DNA from: a virus | Reading direction: 5' to 3' (one strand) | Length of the DNA: 64,000 nt | IMG/VR virus record: IMGVR_UViG_3300021602_000003 | Span: 64,001 to 128,000 of that record | Shown here: piece by piece, positions 9,611 to 19,962 of the stretch | Layout of the letters: each line of letters opens with the position of its first letter | Position numbering within the stretch: position 1 is the stretch's first letter | Position numbers and translations under genes: made by a program | Notes under the pieces: generated by a model | What the model saw: the letters and a program-made list of their open reading frames with translations, nothing else | Told to the model about the DNA's origin: nothing | Databases searched by the model: none

Positions 9611-10278
9611 ATATTTGTAAATATTGCAGCAAATCATTCCTTCATATGAAGACTTTGTCGACACATGTCTGCGTGAAAAAACAAAGATTTATGGATATAG
9701 AGACCGCAGGTTCTCGTTTTGGTCTAAGAGCATTTCAACGATTCTACGAATTAACAACACAATGCAAAAAAGTAAAATCTGTAGAAGATTTTATCAACAG
9801 TCCATATTATATAGATTTTGCTAAGTTTGGAAACCATTTGGCATTATTAAAACCTATCTATATTGAAAAATATATAGATTTTGTTATCTCAAATGGTATA
9901 AAGCTGAAAGACTGGTCTAAAGATTTTGTATATGAAACGTATGTAATAGATCTTATAAAGAAAGAGCCTGCTGTAAGTGCTACAGAGAGAACAATCATCG
10001 AAATAATGGATTGGAGTAGTAAGAATAATGTGCAGTTTGAAGATTTCTTCCGAGATGTACCTGCAAACGAGGCGGCTTATCTTATAAAGACTGGTAGAAT
10101 TAGCCCGTGGGTACTATACCTTGCCAATAAAGGTGACGATCTGTTATCCCGTTTCAATGAAGATCATTCAAAAATAATAGGTGACATAATCGATCCAGGC
10201 GGTTGGATGAAGAAATTTAAGAAGTCCGGAGACGATGTCGAATATATCAGAGAATTATTAGAGCAGGCAAGGTTATGA
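9607..10278 (+). CDS. Hypothetical protein with N-terminal C2H/C zinc finger
   Basis: CKYCSKSF....TLSTHVC. Confidence 0.7.
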   Translation: MNICKYCSKSFLHMKTLSTHVCVKKQRFMDIETAGSRFGLRAFQRFYELTTQCKKVKSVEDFINSPYYIDFAKFGNHLALLKPIYIEKYIDFVISNGIKLKDWSKDFVYETYVIDLIKKEPAVSATERTIIEIMDWSSKNNVQFEDFFRDVPANEAAYLIKTGRISPWVLYLANKGDDLLSRFNEDHSKIIGDIIDPGGWMKKFKKSGDDVEYIRELLEQARL

Positions 10279-10865
10279 AGTCAGTTTCGACAGACGTAGA
10301 CATCGATGTATTTGGACGCGAAGATATATTACGCGGCTTAGAATGTATATACGGCTCTATCAGTCGTGCAGACAATAAGGTGGAAAAACATCCTACCGGT
10401 GTATATTTCCAAAATATACCGAGAGATCCGACAACAAATATGTCGACTGTGGATCACAGGGTAGCCAACGAGTACGGATACTTTAAGGTAGACTTTCTCA
10501 ATGTCAATATGTATGAGTCTGTGCGTGATGAAGACCACTTATTAGAACTTATTGATAAAGAGCCGCCGTGGGACTTCTTCGAATATGAAGAAATAACTGA
10601 GCAGTTATTCCATTTAAAAGGACATAGTGACTTATTACAGAAATATAAACCTAAGTCTATAGAAGATTTAGCAACGATACTTGCTATCATCAGACCAGCC
10701 AAGGCTTATTTACAGCATAGTTCCTGGGATAAGATTAAAGCAGAGGTGTGGATTAAGGTACCGGGTGATGAAACCTATCAATTCAAACGCTGTCACTCTC
10801 TTAGCTATGCGTTAGCTATTATAGTAAATTTAAATTTATTGATTGAGAAAATATCGAAAGATTAA
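10275..10865 (+). CDS. DNA polymerase III alpha (DnaE)-like catalytic fragment
   Basis: TDVDID (cf. PDxDxD), KHPTGVY (cf. HAAGVV), KVDFLN (cf. KxDFLG), AIIRP, FKRCHSLSYA (cf. FNKSHxxxYA). Confidence 0.8.
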   Translation: MKSVSTDVDIDVFGREDILRGLECIYGSISRADNKVEKHPTGVYFQNIPRDPTTNMSTVDHRVANEYGYFKVDFLNVNMYESVRDEDHLLELIDKEPPWDFFEYEEITEQLFHLKGHSDLLQKYKPKSIEDLATILAIIRPAKAYLQHSSWDKIKAEVWIKVPGDETYQFKRCHSLSYALAIIVNLNLLIEKISKD

Positions 10866-11233
10866 TCAGCATTTCTGATTAACTGTATCTGACGCTTCTT
10901 AATGCGTTTCTTCATTATATTATTTAGACTAGTCAATGTGCCAAACATAACTTCTATGTCTTTATTAACTACAGTCTTCATACAATAACGAAACGGGTTC
11001 ATTTGGCCTTGTAAGAATATATTAATAGGTAGCAACCTATTACTTTCCCACCACCATATTTCGCCTAACTCTAAGAAAAGTATCTTTTCTTGCGGAGTAT
11101 GTATGGCTTCATAATCATAGAAGCTTATTATTCTGTCATCGGAGTTTTGAATAATACCTATATATTCATAGGTAGGCGATTTTAGTCCACTTAAGAACGG
11201 AAATTTATCTTTTATCTCTAGAATATTTGTCAT
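10862..11233 (-). CDS. Hypothetical protein
   Basis: 123 aa, WWWESNRLLPINIFL; TATAAATA just upstream on minus strand. Confidence 0.75.
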   Translation of the reverse strand: MTNILEIKDKFPFLSGLKSPTYEYIGIIQNSDDRIISFYDYEAIHTPQEKILFLELGEIWWWESNRLLPINIFLQGQMNPFRYCMKTVVNKDIEVMFGTLTSLNNIMKKRIKKRQIQLIRNAD

Positions 11234-11301
11234 ACCAGTTATTTATACGTTTTAGAATCAGCTGAAACTTTTTTCGATGTTCTTACTGATAAATATATAA
11301 T

Positions 11302-11970
11302 ATGTTCTACGTTTACGCTTATTTAAGAAAATCCGATAATACACCTTATTATATCGGTAAGGGCAAGGATGGCAGAGTATATGAAAAACATAAAGTTAAT
11401 GTGCCGAAGAATCGGTCAAGAATAGTTTTTTTAGAGACTAACTTGTCTGATGTGGGTGCATTGGCGTTGGAGAGAAGAATGATCCGGTGGTACGGTAGAA
11501 AAGACCTTGGTACAGGTATTCTACGAAACAGGACAGATGGTGGAGAAGGTTCGGCAGGTCGTGTTGTTTCTGAAGAATCTAAGAAGAAGCAAGTAGCTAC
11601 TCGCCGTGCCAATGGTAATTATATTATGTCAGACGAACAAAAATTAAAGATTTCCGAAGGATTAAAGGGTCTTAATAAAGGCAAACCATTATCGGATAAG
11701 CAAAAGCATGATTTGAGTGTCGGCAGGATGGGCGACAAGAATCCTATGTTTGGTAGACCGGCATGGAACAAAGGATTAAGATATGAGATGCCTTCACGAA
11801 GAAAAGAAAAAATTATTCCAGAGAAGAAGCCACACGCAGGTTTAGGTAAAGAATCTCACTTCAAAGGTAAGCGAAAAGAGGTAATGATTTGTCCACACTG
11901 TGATAAATCTGGTGGAAAAGGTGCTATGCAACGATGGCACTTTAACAATTGTAAATTAAAGGAAGCCTAA
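11302..11970 (+). CDS. GIY-YIG-family homing endonuclease with NUMOD3-like repeats
   Basis: FYVYAYLR...[18 protein letters not shown]-terminal CPHC...RWHFNNC. Confidence 0.85.
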   Translation: MFYVYAYLRKSDNTPYYIGKGKDGRVYEKHKVNVPKNRSRIVFLETNLSDVGALALERRMIRWYGRKDLGTGILRNRTDGGEGSAGRVVSEESKKKQVATRRANGNYIMSDEQKLKISEGLKGLNKGKPLSDKQKHDLSVGRMGDKNPMFGRPAWNKGLRYEMPSRRKEKIIPEKKPHAGLGKESHFKGKRKEVMICPHCDKSGGKGAMQRWHFNNCKLKEA

Positions 11971-12849
11971 ATGGATATAAGTTATCACAAAGTGTATCTA
12001 TATTCGCATATCCGTCAATTATTGGCGGTTGATGGTAATTCTTGTTTTAGTAAAGGGGACAATGGTCCAATGTCAAAAAATACAATTTTAGCACACAGGG
12101 GGATAGATAATCGGATTATCTTTAGAGCATTAGGGCCCGATAGAATACCTGCCGATGTTTCCTGTAATCAGCAAGTATATGCAAGAATAATTAACACTGA
12201 TAATAATACGATTGTGTTAGAAAAATTATGCCGATTAGGTCCGGCAAAAGGATTAATCACGTTAGAATTGGATAGCGGCGACATATCCGATGTGGCACCT
12301 GCAATATATAACATGGTTCTGATAAGGACGGAAAATTTTGTGGAAAATTTTCCCGGATATTACGTAGAGAAACCTTTGTATAGCGATATGTACGATAACA
12401 TTTCTATGCAGATAGAAATTACAAATCAGGCATTTAAGTCGCCACAACCAGGCATAACATTAAATACTGAAGATTGGACACCTGATATATTGGTTTCAGT
12501 AAATGGGGGTGGTGCGCCGCGCCCTTGTTTCTATAGTAGCAGAATACCGGGTGGAAGAGTATTAAATCATAAAGACTCTGTTCAATCATTCTCGACCTAT
12601 ACAGAAAACTTCACAGGTATTCTCGAAATATGGGGAACACTAGAAGAAACGCCCGATCCATACCTGCAAGATACAAGATGGTTCAAGATTTATCCGTCAA
12701 CTATGTCGGTCGATATAGAATATATGCAATATACAGGAACGCAGGCCTGGACATTTCAGGCTAACGTACTATTTCTGAAGTTTAGATACTTTCCGAGCAC
12801 ACAAGTATTAGATCCGGGTATCTTTAAGAAGCTGATTGTAAGAACATAA
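11971..12849 (+). CDS. Hypothetical, probably virion structural protein
   Basis: 292 aa beta-rich ORF under a late promoter. Confidence 0.6.
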   Translation: MDISYHKVYLYSHIRQLLAVDGNSCFSKGDNGPMSKNTILAHRGIDNRIIFRALGPDRIPADVSCNQQVYARIINTDNNTIVLEKLCRLGPAKGLITLELDSGDISDVAPAIYNMVLIRTENFVENFPGYYVEKPLYSDMYDNISMQIEITNQAFKSPQPGITLNTEDWTPDILVSVNGGGAPRPCFYSSRIPGGRVLNHKDSVQSFSTYTENFTGILEIWGTLEETPDPYLQDTRWFKIYPSTMSVDIEYMQYTGTQAWTFQANVLFLKFRYFPSTQVLDPGIFKKLIVRT

Positions 12850-12862
12850 CTACATAACCTAA

Positions 12863-12891
12863 TTGACTTTCGTTAGGTTATCTGTTATACT
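12863..12891 (+). promoter_or_regulatory. Sigma70-type promoter (extended -10), probably leaderless primase mRNA
   Basis: TTGACT-17-TATACT with TG; ATG follows 6 nt after -10, no SD. Confidence 0.65.
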
Positions 12892-12897
12892 TACTGA

Positions 12898-13959
12898 ATG
12901 ATTATAGATGTCTTAAAAGACGCAATACTTTCGAATATAGGCCCGCTCAAACAAGCACCTAAGGGCTGGAATAAGCGCAATTGCCCACTCTGTCACACAC
13001 AGGGCCACGGTAGAGATACTCGTTTCCGTTTCGGAATACAATTTAATCCTAATTCCATTGCTATGAATTGCTTTAACTGTGGATTCTCGTCGGGATATAC
13101 GGAAGGTAAGGAGTTATCTAAGTCTTTTAAGTTTTTCTTGAATCAACTACATATAGATGAAAAATTTATCGAGCAAATGGAGTTTGAAATATTCAAGCAA
13201 AAGAATCAAATCCATTCCGTTAGAGAAGGTGCAGTAGTAGAAGATCCTGAGAGTAAATTTAAAGCATTATTCCAGAAATGGAAGCCCATGGAGTTACCCG
13301 AAGATGCTTGCACTGTATCTACCTGGTTAGAAAACGGATTAACAGACAGAAATTTCTTAAGAGTAGTCAATTATGCGATAGATAGGAAGATATTTGATTT
13401 ACAGAATTTTTATTGGTCACCTTCTAAGATGCATAATATGCATCAACGACTTATCATACCATATTTCTATAAGGATAACATAGTAGGATATACGGGCAGG
13501 TTATGTTACGATGTACCCGATAAATCAATACCTAAATACTTTCAACAGTCTCCTACGGACTTTGTCTATAACTTGGATCATCAGCAAGGGTGGTCACGTA
13601 AATACACTATAGCCACTGAGGGTGTACTGGATGCCTGGGTAACAGATGGCATAAGTATATTAGGCGAGATAGGACAATCTAAAGTTGATATAATCAACAG
13701 ATTACAGAAGAATATTATAGTATGCCCCGACAGAGATAAGAAAGGTGGCGATCTAGTCGACGCCGCTATCGAAAATAATTGGGCAGTATCCTTCCCTAAG
13801 TGGGAGGTAGATATAAAAGATGCCGCAGCCGCAGCGGCAAGATATGGTAGATTATTAACTACACATTCCATAATTTCTTCAGCAGTATCCGGTAAAGTCA
13901 AGATTAAAGTGGCATGGGAATTAGAACAAAACGAGAGACAACGAAAATATGAGCGATGA
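12898..13959 (+). CDS. DNA primase (T4 gp61-like)
   Basis: CPLC...CFNC Zn ribbon; TOPRIM motifs EGVLDA, PDRDKKG, KDA. Confidence 0.88.
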   Translation: MIIDVLKDAILSNIGPLKQAPKGWNKRNCPLCHTQGHGRDTRFRFGIQFNPNSIAMNCFNCGFSSGYTEGKELSKSFKFFLNQLHIDEKFIEQMEFEIFKQKNQIHSVREGAVVEDPESKFKALFQKWKPMELPEDACTVSTWLENGLTDRNFLRVVNYAIDRKIFDLQNFYWSPSKMHNMHQRLIIPYFYKDNIVGYTGRLCYDVPDKSIPKYFQQSPTDFVYNLDHQQGWSRKYTIATEGVLDAWVTDGISILGEIGQSKVDIINRLQKNIIVCPDRDKKGGDLVDAAIENNWAVSFPKWEVDIKDAAAAAARYGRLLTTHSIISSAVSGKVKIKVAWELEQNERQRKYER

Positions 13960-15388
13960 TGCCAGCGAAATTAATGACTATAGTAAAGATATAGAGGATA
14001 TATTCATCAGTTTTATGATGAGTAATAAAGATCTGTTTGTTAGATGTAAGGGAATTATAAAATCTGCTTATTTTGACGATAGGCAGAACCGTGACACAGT
14101 TGCATTCATAGAAGGATATAGCAGTTCCTTCTCTATTATACCGTCCTTAGATGAAATCCGGGCAGTAACAAAAAAAGAAATCAAAATAATGGAAGAAGAA
14201 GCAGCCGTACACGATGGCTGGTTCTTAAGAGAGTTTGAAAAGTTCTGCCAACACAAAGCATTGCGTGATGCAATTCTGGCATCACCGGAAAGATTAGATG
14301 AGGGCAGATATGGTGAGGTATTGGCCGATATTAAAGCTGCGGTGGAAATTGCATTGGTTAAGGACCTCGGACTCGATTATTATGCTGACCCGAGGGCACG
14401 ATTAGAAGCTTTAAGAGAAAATAAGGGACAAGTATCTACCGGATGGAAAACAGTCGATGATAAATTGTTCGGCGGACTGAACAAGGGTGAATTAACTATT
14501 TTTGCAGGACAATCCGGTGCAGGTAAGTCTTTATTCTTACAGAATTTAGCAGTTAATTGGGCACAAGCGGGATTTAACGTAGTATATCTATCTTTAGAGT
14601 TAAGTGAAAAGCTTAGTGCTATGCGTATCGATGCAATGCACACGAATTATGAAACAAGAGAAGTTATGCGTAATATTGATGATGTACATATGCGTATTCG
14701 TGCATCTCAACAGAAAAGTCAAGGCTCGTTACGTATTAAACAAATGCCGAATGGTTGTACGACCAATGATATTAGAGCATATATTAAAGAATATGAAATT
14801 AGTTGTGGTAAAAAAGTAGATGCAATCTTAGTTGACTACTTAGATCTTATGTCTCCTATGAGCAAGAAGATTTCTGCAGAGAATTTATTCGTTAAAGACA
14901 AGTATGTTACAGAAGAATTACGAAATTTAGCGGTAGAACTTGATATAGTGACAGTATCTGCATCGCAATTGAATCGCGGTTCGTATGAAGAGATAGAATA
15001 TGACCCTAGTCATATTGCAGGAGGTATTTCTAAGGTGAACACAGCTGATAATGTTATAGGCATTTTTACAAGTGCTGCTATGAAGGAAAGCGGCCGTTAT
15101 CAGATTCAATTTATTAAGACACGATCGAGTTCGGGTGTTGGATCTAAGATAGATTTAGCATTCAATAATAAGAGTTTGCGTATATCAGACTTAGAAGAGG
15201 GTGATGAAGGTGCAGTTGCAGCAACTTCTAAGAGTGTGATGGAGCAATTGAAGCGGAACAGTGTTGTCAGATCGAGTGAAAAAGTTGATGCAAAAACGGG
15301 CGAGATTACTAGTTTCACACAAAATAAATCTACAGTAGACCCATTAGAAGGTGCAGCTGGTGTTCGAGCATTTCTTAAGAAAAGATAA
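13949..15388 (+). CDS. Replicative helicase (T4 gp41 / DnaB-like)
   Basis: GQSGAGKS, LSLELSE, LVDYLDLM, ASQLNR, KTR motifs. Confidence 0.92.
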   Translation: MSDDASEINDYSKDIEDIFISFMMSNKDLFVRCKGIIKSAYFDDRQNRDTVAFIEGYSSSFSIIPSLDEIRAVTKKEIKIMEEEAAVHDGWFLREFEKFCQHKALRDAILASPERLDEGRYGEVLADIKAAVEIALVKDLGLDYYADPRARLEALRENKGQVSTGWKTVDDKLFGGLNKGELTIFAGQSGAGKSLFLQNLAVNWAQAGFNVVYLSLELSEKLSAMRIDAMHTNYETREVMRNIDDVHMRIRASQQKSQGSLRIKQMPNGCTTNDIRAYIKEYEISCGKKVDAILVDYLDLMSPMSKKISAENLFVKDKYVTEELRNLAVELDIVTVSASQLNRGSYEEIEYDPSHIAGGISKVNTADNVIGIFTSAAMKESGRYQIQFIKTRSSSGVGSKIDLAFNNKSLRISDLEEGDEGAVAATSKSVMEQLKRNSVVRSSEKVDAKTGEITSFTQNKSTVDPLEGAAGVRAFLKKR

Positions 15389-15426
15389 AAGACGATAAAT
15401 AATTAAAAGTTATTGGAGACTATAAA

Positions 15427-15696
15427 TTGTCTATTAATCGCAGAAGCAGATCTATTTTAGAAGAAATTAGCGCCTATGTACCTCAGAAGAGTAAAGAAGA
15501 TCTGATTGAGGCACGAGCGCAACATATTATAGTATCAGCAATAAATTTACTTGAATCGATAGATGATTCATTCTCGCCCGCCGCGGCTGAAGCATTAAAG
15601 AAACGCTTTGTCTCGAGTATCAGAGGATCAGATCCAGCCAGATTTACTCGAATGGTAAATCGAATAAAAGATGGTGATGAGATCGACAGAGATTAG
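15427..15696 (+). CDS. Hypothetical late protein
   Basis: TTG start with GGAG SD; GATAAATA at 15394-15401. Confidence 0.7.
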   Translation: MSINRRSRSILEEISAYVPQKSKEDLIEARAQHIIVSAINLLESIDDSFSPAAAEALKKRFVSSIRGSDPARFTRMVNRIKDGDEIDRD

Positions 15697-15704
15697 TTAA
15701 TAAT

Positions 15705-17309
15705 ATGAACTTAACTGAATTATCCCGTTCACCTAAACGTCCATCGGGCGGTGCTAACGCATTTGGACAGATGAGTAACACACTAAGTGGCGAAAATAAG
15801 TCTAAATCTAGTACGGGCGGTACAATTACGAAGACTCCGACTGGATTAGTACATACAGCCAAGCCAAAAGCAGCAAAGCCAAAAGCAGCCAATCCGGCAG
15901 CACCTGCTCCAAAAGCAGCCAATCCGGCAGCACCTGCTCCAAAAGCATCGAACCCGGCAGCACCTGCCGCAGGTGCGCCATCTAAAGAATTAACAAAAGC
16001 ATGGATTCAGTTCTTAAAAAATAATCAAGTAGTTGCTACTCAATCTGACCCAAAGACTGGTAAACTTTCGTATAAGAAGAAAGTAACTACTGATATGCTC
16101 ACAAAATTCTTAAAGACTAATACTCATTTAGATGATGAAACTATTAATAGTGCAATAGAGTCCGTTATTTCTAAAAAATCGGGTAACGTACCCGATGCAC
16201 AAAAAGCGCACGGCGGAAAGAAGCCTGGAGAAATTAGTCAGACACCCAACGCTATAAGAAAACGTAATGCAAGAGCAAAACCAGGCGATCAGATGCAACT
16301 GGTCGAGGAATTTATAGATAAACCGACAGAAATAGATGAAAAAGGTGTCGAAAAAGTCTTTACTTTATTACAATCAAAGATATCTGACGCAGAGATTAAT
16401 ACGGGAACAGATGTGGCACCTACGGCAGAAGTAGAACCGGAAGAACAGTTAGATAAGATAAAGAATATAATTAAACGTATGTCACCCGAACAAAGAAAGT
16501 CGTTGTGGCAAGCATTAAATGATACCACTTTAACGGAACAGGCATTAGATAAGGATGATATAAGAGACGTATTTATACAGGCATCTAAGCCGGGATTTTC
16601 TAGGAAAAGAGTAGATATAAAAGATCTTCAACAGGCTTGGAAAGATACGGGTTATACAGATGATTCGGAAAAGATAGTTAGAATTCTGAAAAGCTTCGGG
16701 TATGATAGCGATGCCCGTGATAAAGTCTTTTCTACCGTCTTTGGTAGTGGCGAAAATGATAGAGATTCCGGTGAATCAAATTCGGGGTCTGCGAGTAAAG
16801 CTATCGATATTATAATGGATCATGTTAATAAGAGCGGTCTAAAGAAAGATTTAATTGCATTTATGCAAAAAGAATATGGGGAAGAATTAAGTAAAGAAGA
16901 AGAACCGGAAGACCGGGGCTGGCTAGGCAAAGCAGCCGATTTAGGTAAGAAGATATTTGGTAGGAAAGTTACTACTGAAGAAGTAAGACAAATCTTCTCA
17001 GCTATAGTTTTAGAAAAGAGAACTATGCAGAATGAGGTTATTAGAGAGCACGAATATAACTCTTTGGGTCGTAACAAGAAAGTCAACGATGCCATTATAG
17101 ATGAAAGTGTAACATTAAGCGATGTACTAAAATCAGATCAATACATTAAAATATTACGTCACATGAAAACAAAAACTGGTACTGATATAAATGTAACTCG
17201 TATAAAGAACCAGATTATACAGTCGTGGAAGAGCGGTAAAAAGCATAGTAAACATTATGCAGGACTATTATCTCAAATTCATTTAAATATACACGATTTA
17301 ATTAAATAA
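15705..17309 (+). CDS. Hypothetical late protein, modular, with Pro/Ala/Lys linker repeat
   Basis: 534 aa ORF; PKAANPAAPA repeats. Confidence 0.7.
   Translation: MNLTELSRSPKRPSGGANAFGQMSNTLSGENKSKSSTGGTITKTPTGLVHTAKPKAAKPKAANPAAPAPKAANPAAPAPKASNPAAPAAGAPSKELTKAWIQFLKNNQVVATQSDPKTGKLSYKKKVTTDMLTKFLKTNTHLDDETINSAIESVISKKSGNVPDAQKAHGGKKPGEISQTPNAIRKRNARAKPGDQMQLVEEFIDKPTEIDEKGVEKVFTLLQSKISDAEINTGTDVAPTAEVEPEEQLDKIKNIIKRMSPEQRKSLWQALNDTTLTEQALDKDDIRDVFIQASKPGFSRKRVDIKDLQQAWKDTGYTDDSEKIVRILKSFGYDSDARDKVFSTVFGSGENDRDSGESNSGSASKAIDIIMDHVNKSGLKKDLIAFMQKEYGEELSKEEEPEDRGWLGKAADLGKKIFGRKVTTEEVRQIFSAIVLEKRTMQNEVIREHEYNSLGRNKKVNDAIIDESVTLSDVLKSDQYIKILRHMKTKTGTDINVTRIKNQIIQSWKSGKKHSKHYAGLLSQIHLNIHDLIK
15879..15968 (+). 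repeat. 30-bp coding tandem repeat x3 (PKAANPAAPA)
   Basis: CCAAAAGCAGCCAATCCGGCAGCACCTGCT at 15879 and 15909, degenerate third copy at 15939. Confidence 0.9.
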
Positions 17310-17385
17310 GGAAACTATTTTATCTCAAAATGATAAATAAGTTTATGTATAGGACTATCCTATCAAAAAATAAGGAGATTTTATT

Positions 17386-17979
17386 ATGACACAAAAAATT
17401 AATGGCGCAGCCTATCCAGGTATCTGGGTTGAAAAACAAGTAGCTTTCATCAAGCTTACATTTAATCACAGTCTTCTGGCTATTCCTGCAGCAAGCATGT
17501 TTTTAACTGGAACAAATACAGCAACAACAACAACTTCCGAAGGTGATACTTCTTTTGGTGTGGTTGAGTCTGCAGTTGTTCAGGCTTTGAAGAACTTAGA
17601 GTTGAAGGCAACAGTATTAGGTATTTCTGCTTTGAGCGCAGCAGGTACAGTAGTTGACGTGATGGTTGGATGTTCGGAAGGTTACTTCTCAGATAACGTC
17701 GGCGCTATTTCTACTGGCAATACAGTGGTTGGTGCTAAAGCAGTTATTACAACAGCAGGCGGAAACACTGTGCTTGGACAATTAGTTGATGTTAGCGATT
17801 CGTATTTGACATACACTATGTATTTCGCAGCGTTCGACGGCACAATGCCAGTTGCTACAGTGGCTAACGGTGATTTGGAAACTGGCGTGGGTTCAACACC
17901 TGGTTCTACAACATATCCAAACGGAGCCCCAATTGGCTCTGCAAACAGCTACCAACCAGTAGCTTTAATTACAACTTAA
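17386..17979 (+). CDS. Putative virion structural protein
   Basis: Thr/Gly/Ala-rich, strong TAAGGAG SD, late promoter 17332, own terminator; N-terminus MTQKINGAA paralogous to 18362 ORF. Confidence 0.65.
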   Translation: MTQKINGAAYPGIWVEKQVAFIKLTFNHSLLAIPAASMFLTGTNTATTTTSEGDTSFGVVESAVVQALKNLELKATVLGISALSAAGTVVDVMVGCSEGYFSDNVGAISTGNTVVGAKAVITTAGGNTVLGQLVDVSDSYLTYTMYFAAFDGTMPVATVANGDLETGVGSTPGSTTYPNGAPIGSANSYQPVALITT

Positions 17980-17996
17980 TTGTTGTTTTTAAAATG

Positions 17997-18020
17997 AAAA
18001 GGCTCTTCGGAGCCTTTTTT
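17997..18020 (+). terminator. Rho-independent terminator
   Basis: AAAAGGCTC-TTCG-GAGCCTTTTTT (cUUCGg loop, U-tract). Confidence 0.9.
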
Positions 18021-18101
18021 AACGAATAAAATTTCTTTATATCAAAATTTCTACATATAACACAATACTAGATAAATAATGTAAAATGATAAGGAATAGA
18101 A

Positions 18102-18341
18102 ATGTCTACACCGCCACCAGTACCGCCGGGATATACAAGTTGGAATGATTATATAGATTATCAAGGCAGTATATCGCCCGACCCAGCCTTGACTAAGAGA
18201 AATATTAAGTTGGGTATGATAGCACAAGTGGAACGTCAAGCCGGCGGTGATACTTCGAGTCCTAGTTATCGTCCATATAATGTATATACGTCACCGGGTA
18301 CAGTTAGCCCCGCTGAAGGCCATCCCTGGACTTTAACATAA
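18102..18341 (+). CDS. Small Pro-rich late protein
   Basis: GATAAATA 18071, TAAGGA SD. Confidence 0.65.
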   Translation: MSTPPPVPPGYTSWNDYIDYQGSISPDPALTKRNIKLGMIAQVERQAGGDTSSPSYRPYNVYTSPGTVSPAEGHPWTLT

Positions 18342-18361
18342 ATAACGGATAAGGATAAGAA

Positions 18362-18862
18362 ATGGTACAAAAAATACATGGCGCGGCCACAGCAATGCAA
18401 AATCTGACAGCAGATTTGGCATTCTATGTTTGCTATGCGTCTTCTCCAGGTGCCTTTACTGATCCTAATCCCAATCCGCCTCCATCTGAAGAATTAGCAC
18501 GTTTAATAAACATTCAAGTTACAGGTAGTCCTTTAGATCAGAGTCAAAAGAATTTCGAAGTATTTTTGATGAGCATTGGACTAAGAGCCATGCCTGTTGT
18601 TCTATCAGATCCTGCAGCAGTCTTACAATTAGCCGATTATACTCCGGAATTATCTGGAGAAGGTTTTGTATGGAAATTTGCTGTAGAACGAGGTGTTCAA
18701 TTTTATAATTTTACTCCCTATGGTACACCCGGCCCGGTCGGTTTACTGGTAGACGATTTAAATGGTGTCATTATTCCGAGTGGTGTCAGAATTACTACAG
18801 TAACAGGAAGCCCGTCGGGTTGGTTAAAGAATATAGCATTTTCAAGGATGGCTACGATATGA
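18362..18862 (+). CDS. Putative virion structural protein
   Basis: MVQKIHGAA N-terminus similar to 17386 ORF; ATAAATA upstream. Confidence 0.65.
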   Translation: MVQKIHGAATAMQNLTADLAFYVCYASSPGAFTDPNPNPPPSEELARLINIQVTGSPLDQSQKNFEVFLMSIGLRAMPVVLSDPAAVLQLADYTPELSGEGFVWKFAVERGVQFYNFTPYGTPGPVGLLVDDLNGVIIPSGVRITTVTGSPSGWLKNIAFSRMATI

Positions 18863-19461
18863 TTAAACATGATAAAATTATTAATTCGCTTATGCATGGT
18901 GAACCAAGAGAAATGATTTCGAGTATGTCATTTAAAGACTACTATGCGTTAGATGAAGCAAGTGCCGATATTGTGCCACCATCGGGGAAACCAATATCAC
19001 CTACAGCACCAGCCGCGACACAGCCAGCGGCAGGCCAACAAAGTCGACCTGCCGCTACAGCACCTGCACCATTGAAACCGGAAGCTGACCCGCGTGGTGT
19101 TCAAGTTAAAAATCCGCAGACAGGTAAAATGGAATGGATGAAACCGTCTGTTGATCAATCTGGAAAACCTGTGGTCGAAGATAAGGCCCTTGCTAGAATG
19201 AAACAATTGGCCGGTATTGTAGAAGATGGTAGCTGTGGTGGCATAAGCGCCAGCGGTATCGCTGTAGCACCTAAGTCGATGGGCTCTATGAATCGTCGTC
19301 AACCAACTGACGAAAAAATAAAGAAAGAATATACTCCGAAAGTAGCAAAAACTGTTGTGGGTGACACTAAACCAGCACAAGCATCGGGCGAATTGTCCGC
19401 TACCCTCGCAGCAAACAATAAAAAGACGGCAAGTAGAACAAATAATGGGTTTAAAAGGTGA
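18859..19461 (+). CDS. Hypothetical late protein
   Basis: ATGA-coupled start; LARMKQLAGI motif typical of low-complexity head-associated proteins. Confidence 0.65.
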   Translation: MIKHDKIINSLMHGEPREMISSMSFKDYYALDEASADIVPPSGKPISPTAPAATQPAAGQQSRPAATAPAPLKPEADPRGVQVKNPQTGKMEWMKPSVDQSGKPVVEDKALARMKQLAGIVEDGSCGGISASGIAVAPKSMGSMNRRQPTDEKIKKEYTPKVAKTVVGDTKPAQASGELSATLAANNKKTASRTNNGFKR

Positions 19462-19913
19462 AAACTAGTAGATCTGCTTTAATAGATAAGCTAGATAAGG
19501 CTACAACTCGTGGTGCTCGTCTGGCCTTTACTAAAGGGTACCCTATGAAAATGTCTAATAGTATTACTCTTGTCGGTAATACATTAGTAGAAAAGAATTC
19601 ATCGGGATTATACAATGTTGTAACCACCGATAAAGAGATAATTTATGAAAATATATCTATATTTGATATCGCGGTAATAATTGCTCAGAGATATAATTCG
19701 GGTGAATCCGGTATTATAAAGAAAGTATTATCTTTAGAGGAAAAATTCTCAAAATACCATACAGATATGATTCATTATTTAAATTGTCTTAAAGGTGCCA
19801 AGCAAAAGCATGATATAGAGCGAATGGCCATATTAGAAGACAAATTTCAAGTTGCAGAGACTTACGCTAAAGGAACTAAGGACAGTATCTTTATTTTCAA
19901 GAGAGTAAAATAG
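19458..19913 (+). CDS. Hypothetical protein
   Basis: GTGA-coupled 151 aa ORF. Confidence 0.7.
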   Translation: MKTSRSALIDKLDKATTRGARLAFTKGYPMKMSNSITLVGNTLVEKNSSGLYNVVTTDKEIIYENISIFDIAVIIAQRYNSGESGIIKKVLSLEEKFSKYHTDMIHYLNCLKGAKQKHDIERMAILEDKFQVAETYAKGTKDSIFIFKRVK

Positions 19914-19962
19914 TAAGTAGAATGATAAATAATACAAATAAAACTTAACAGGAACGGTTTAT

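Noticed and set aside
10275-10865. Split-intein DnaE as in cyanobacteria
   Set aside because: Neither fragment has intein terminal motifs (N-terminal C/S block, C-terminal HN) or room for a Hint domain
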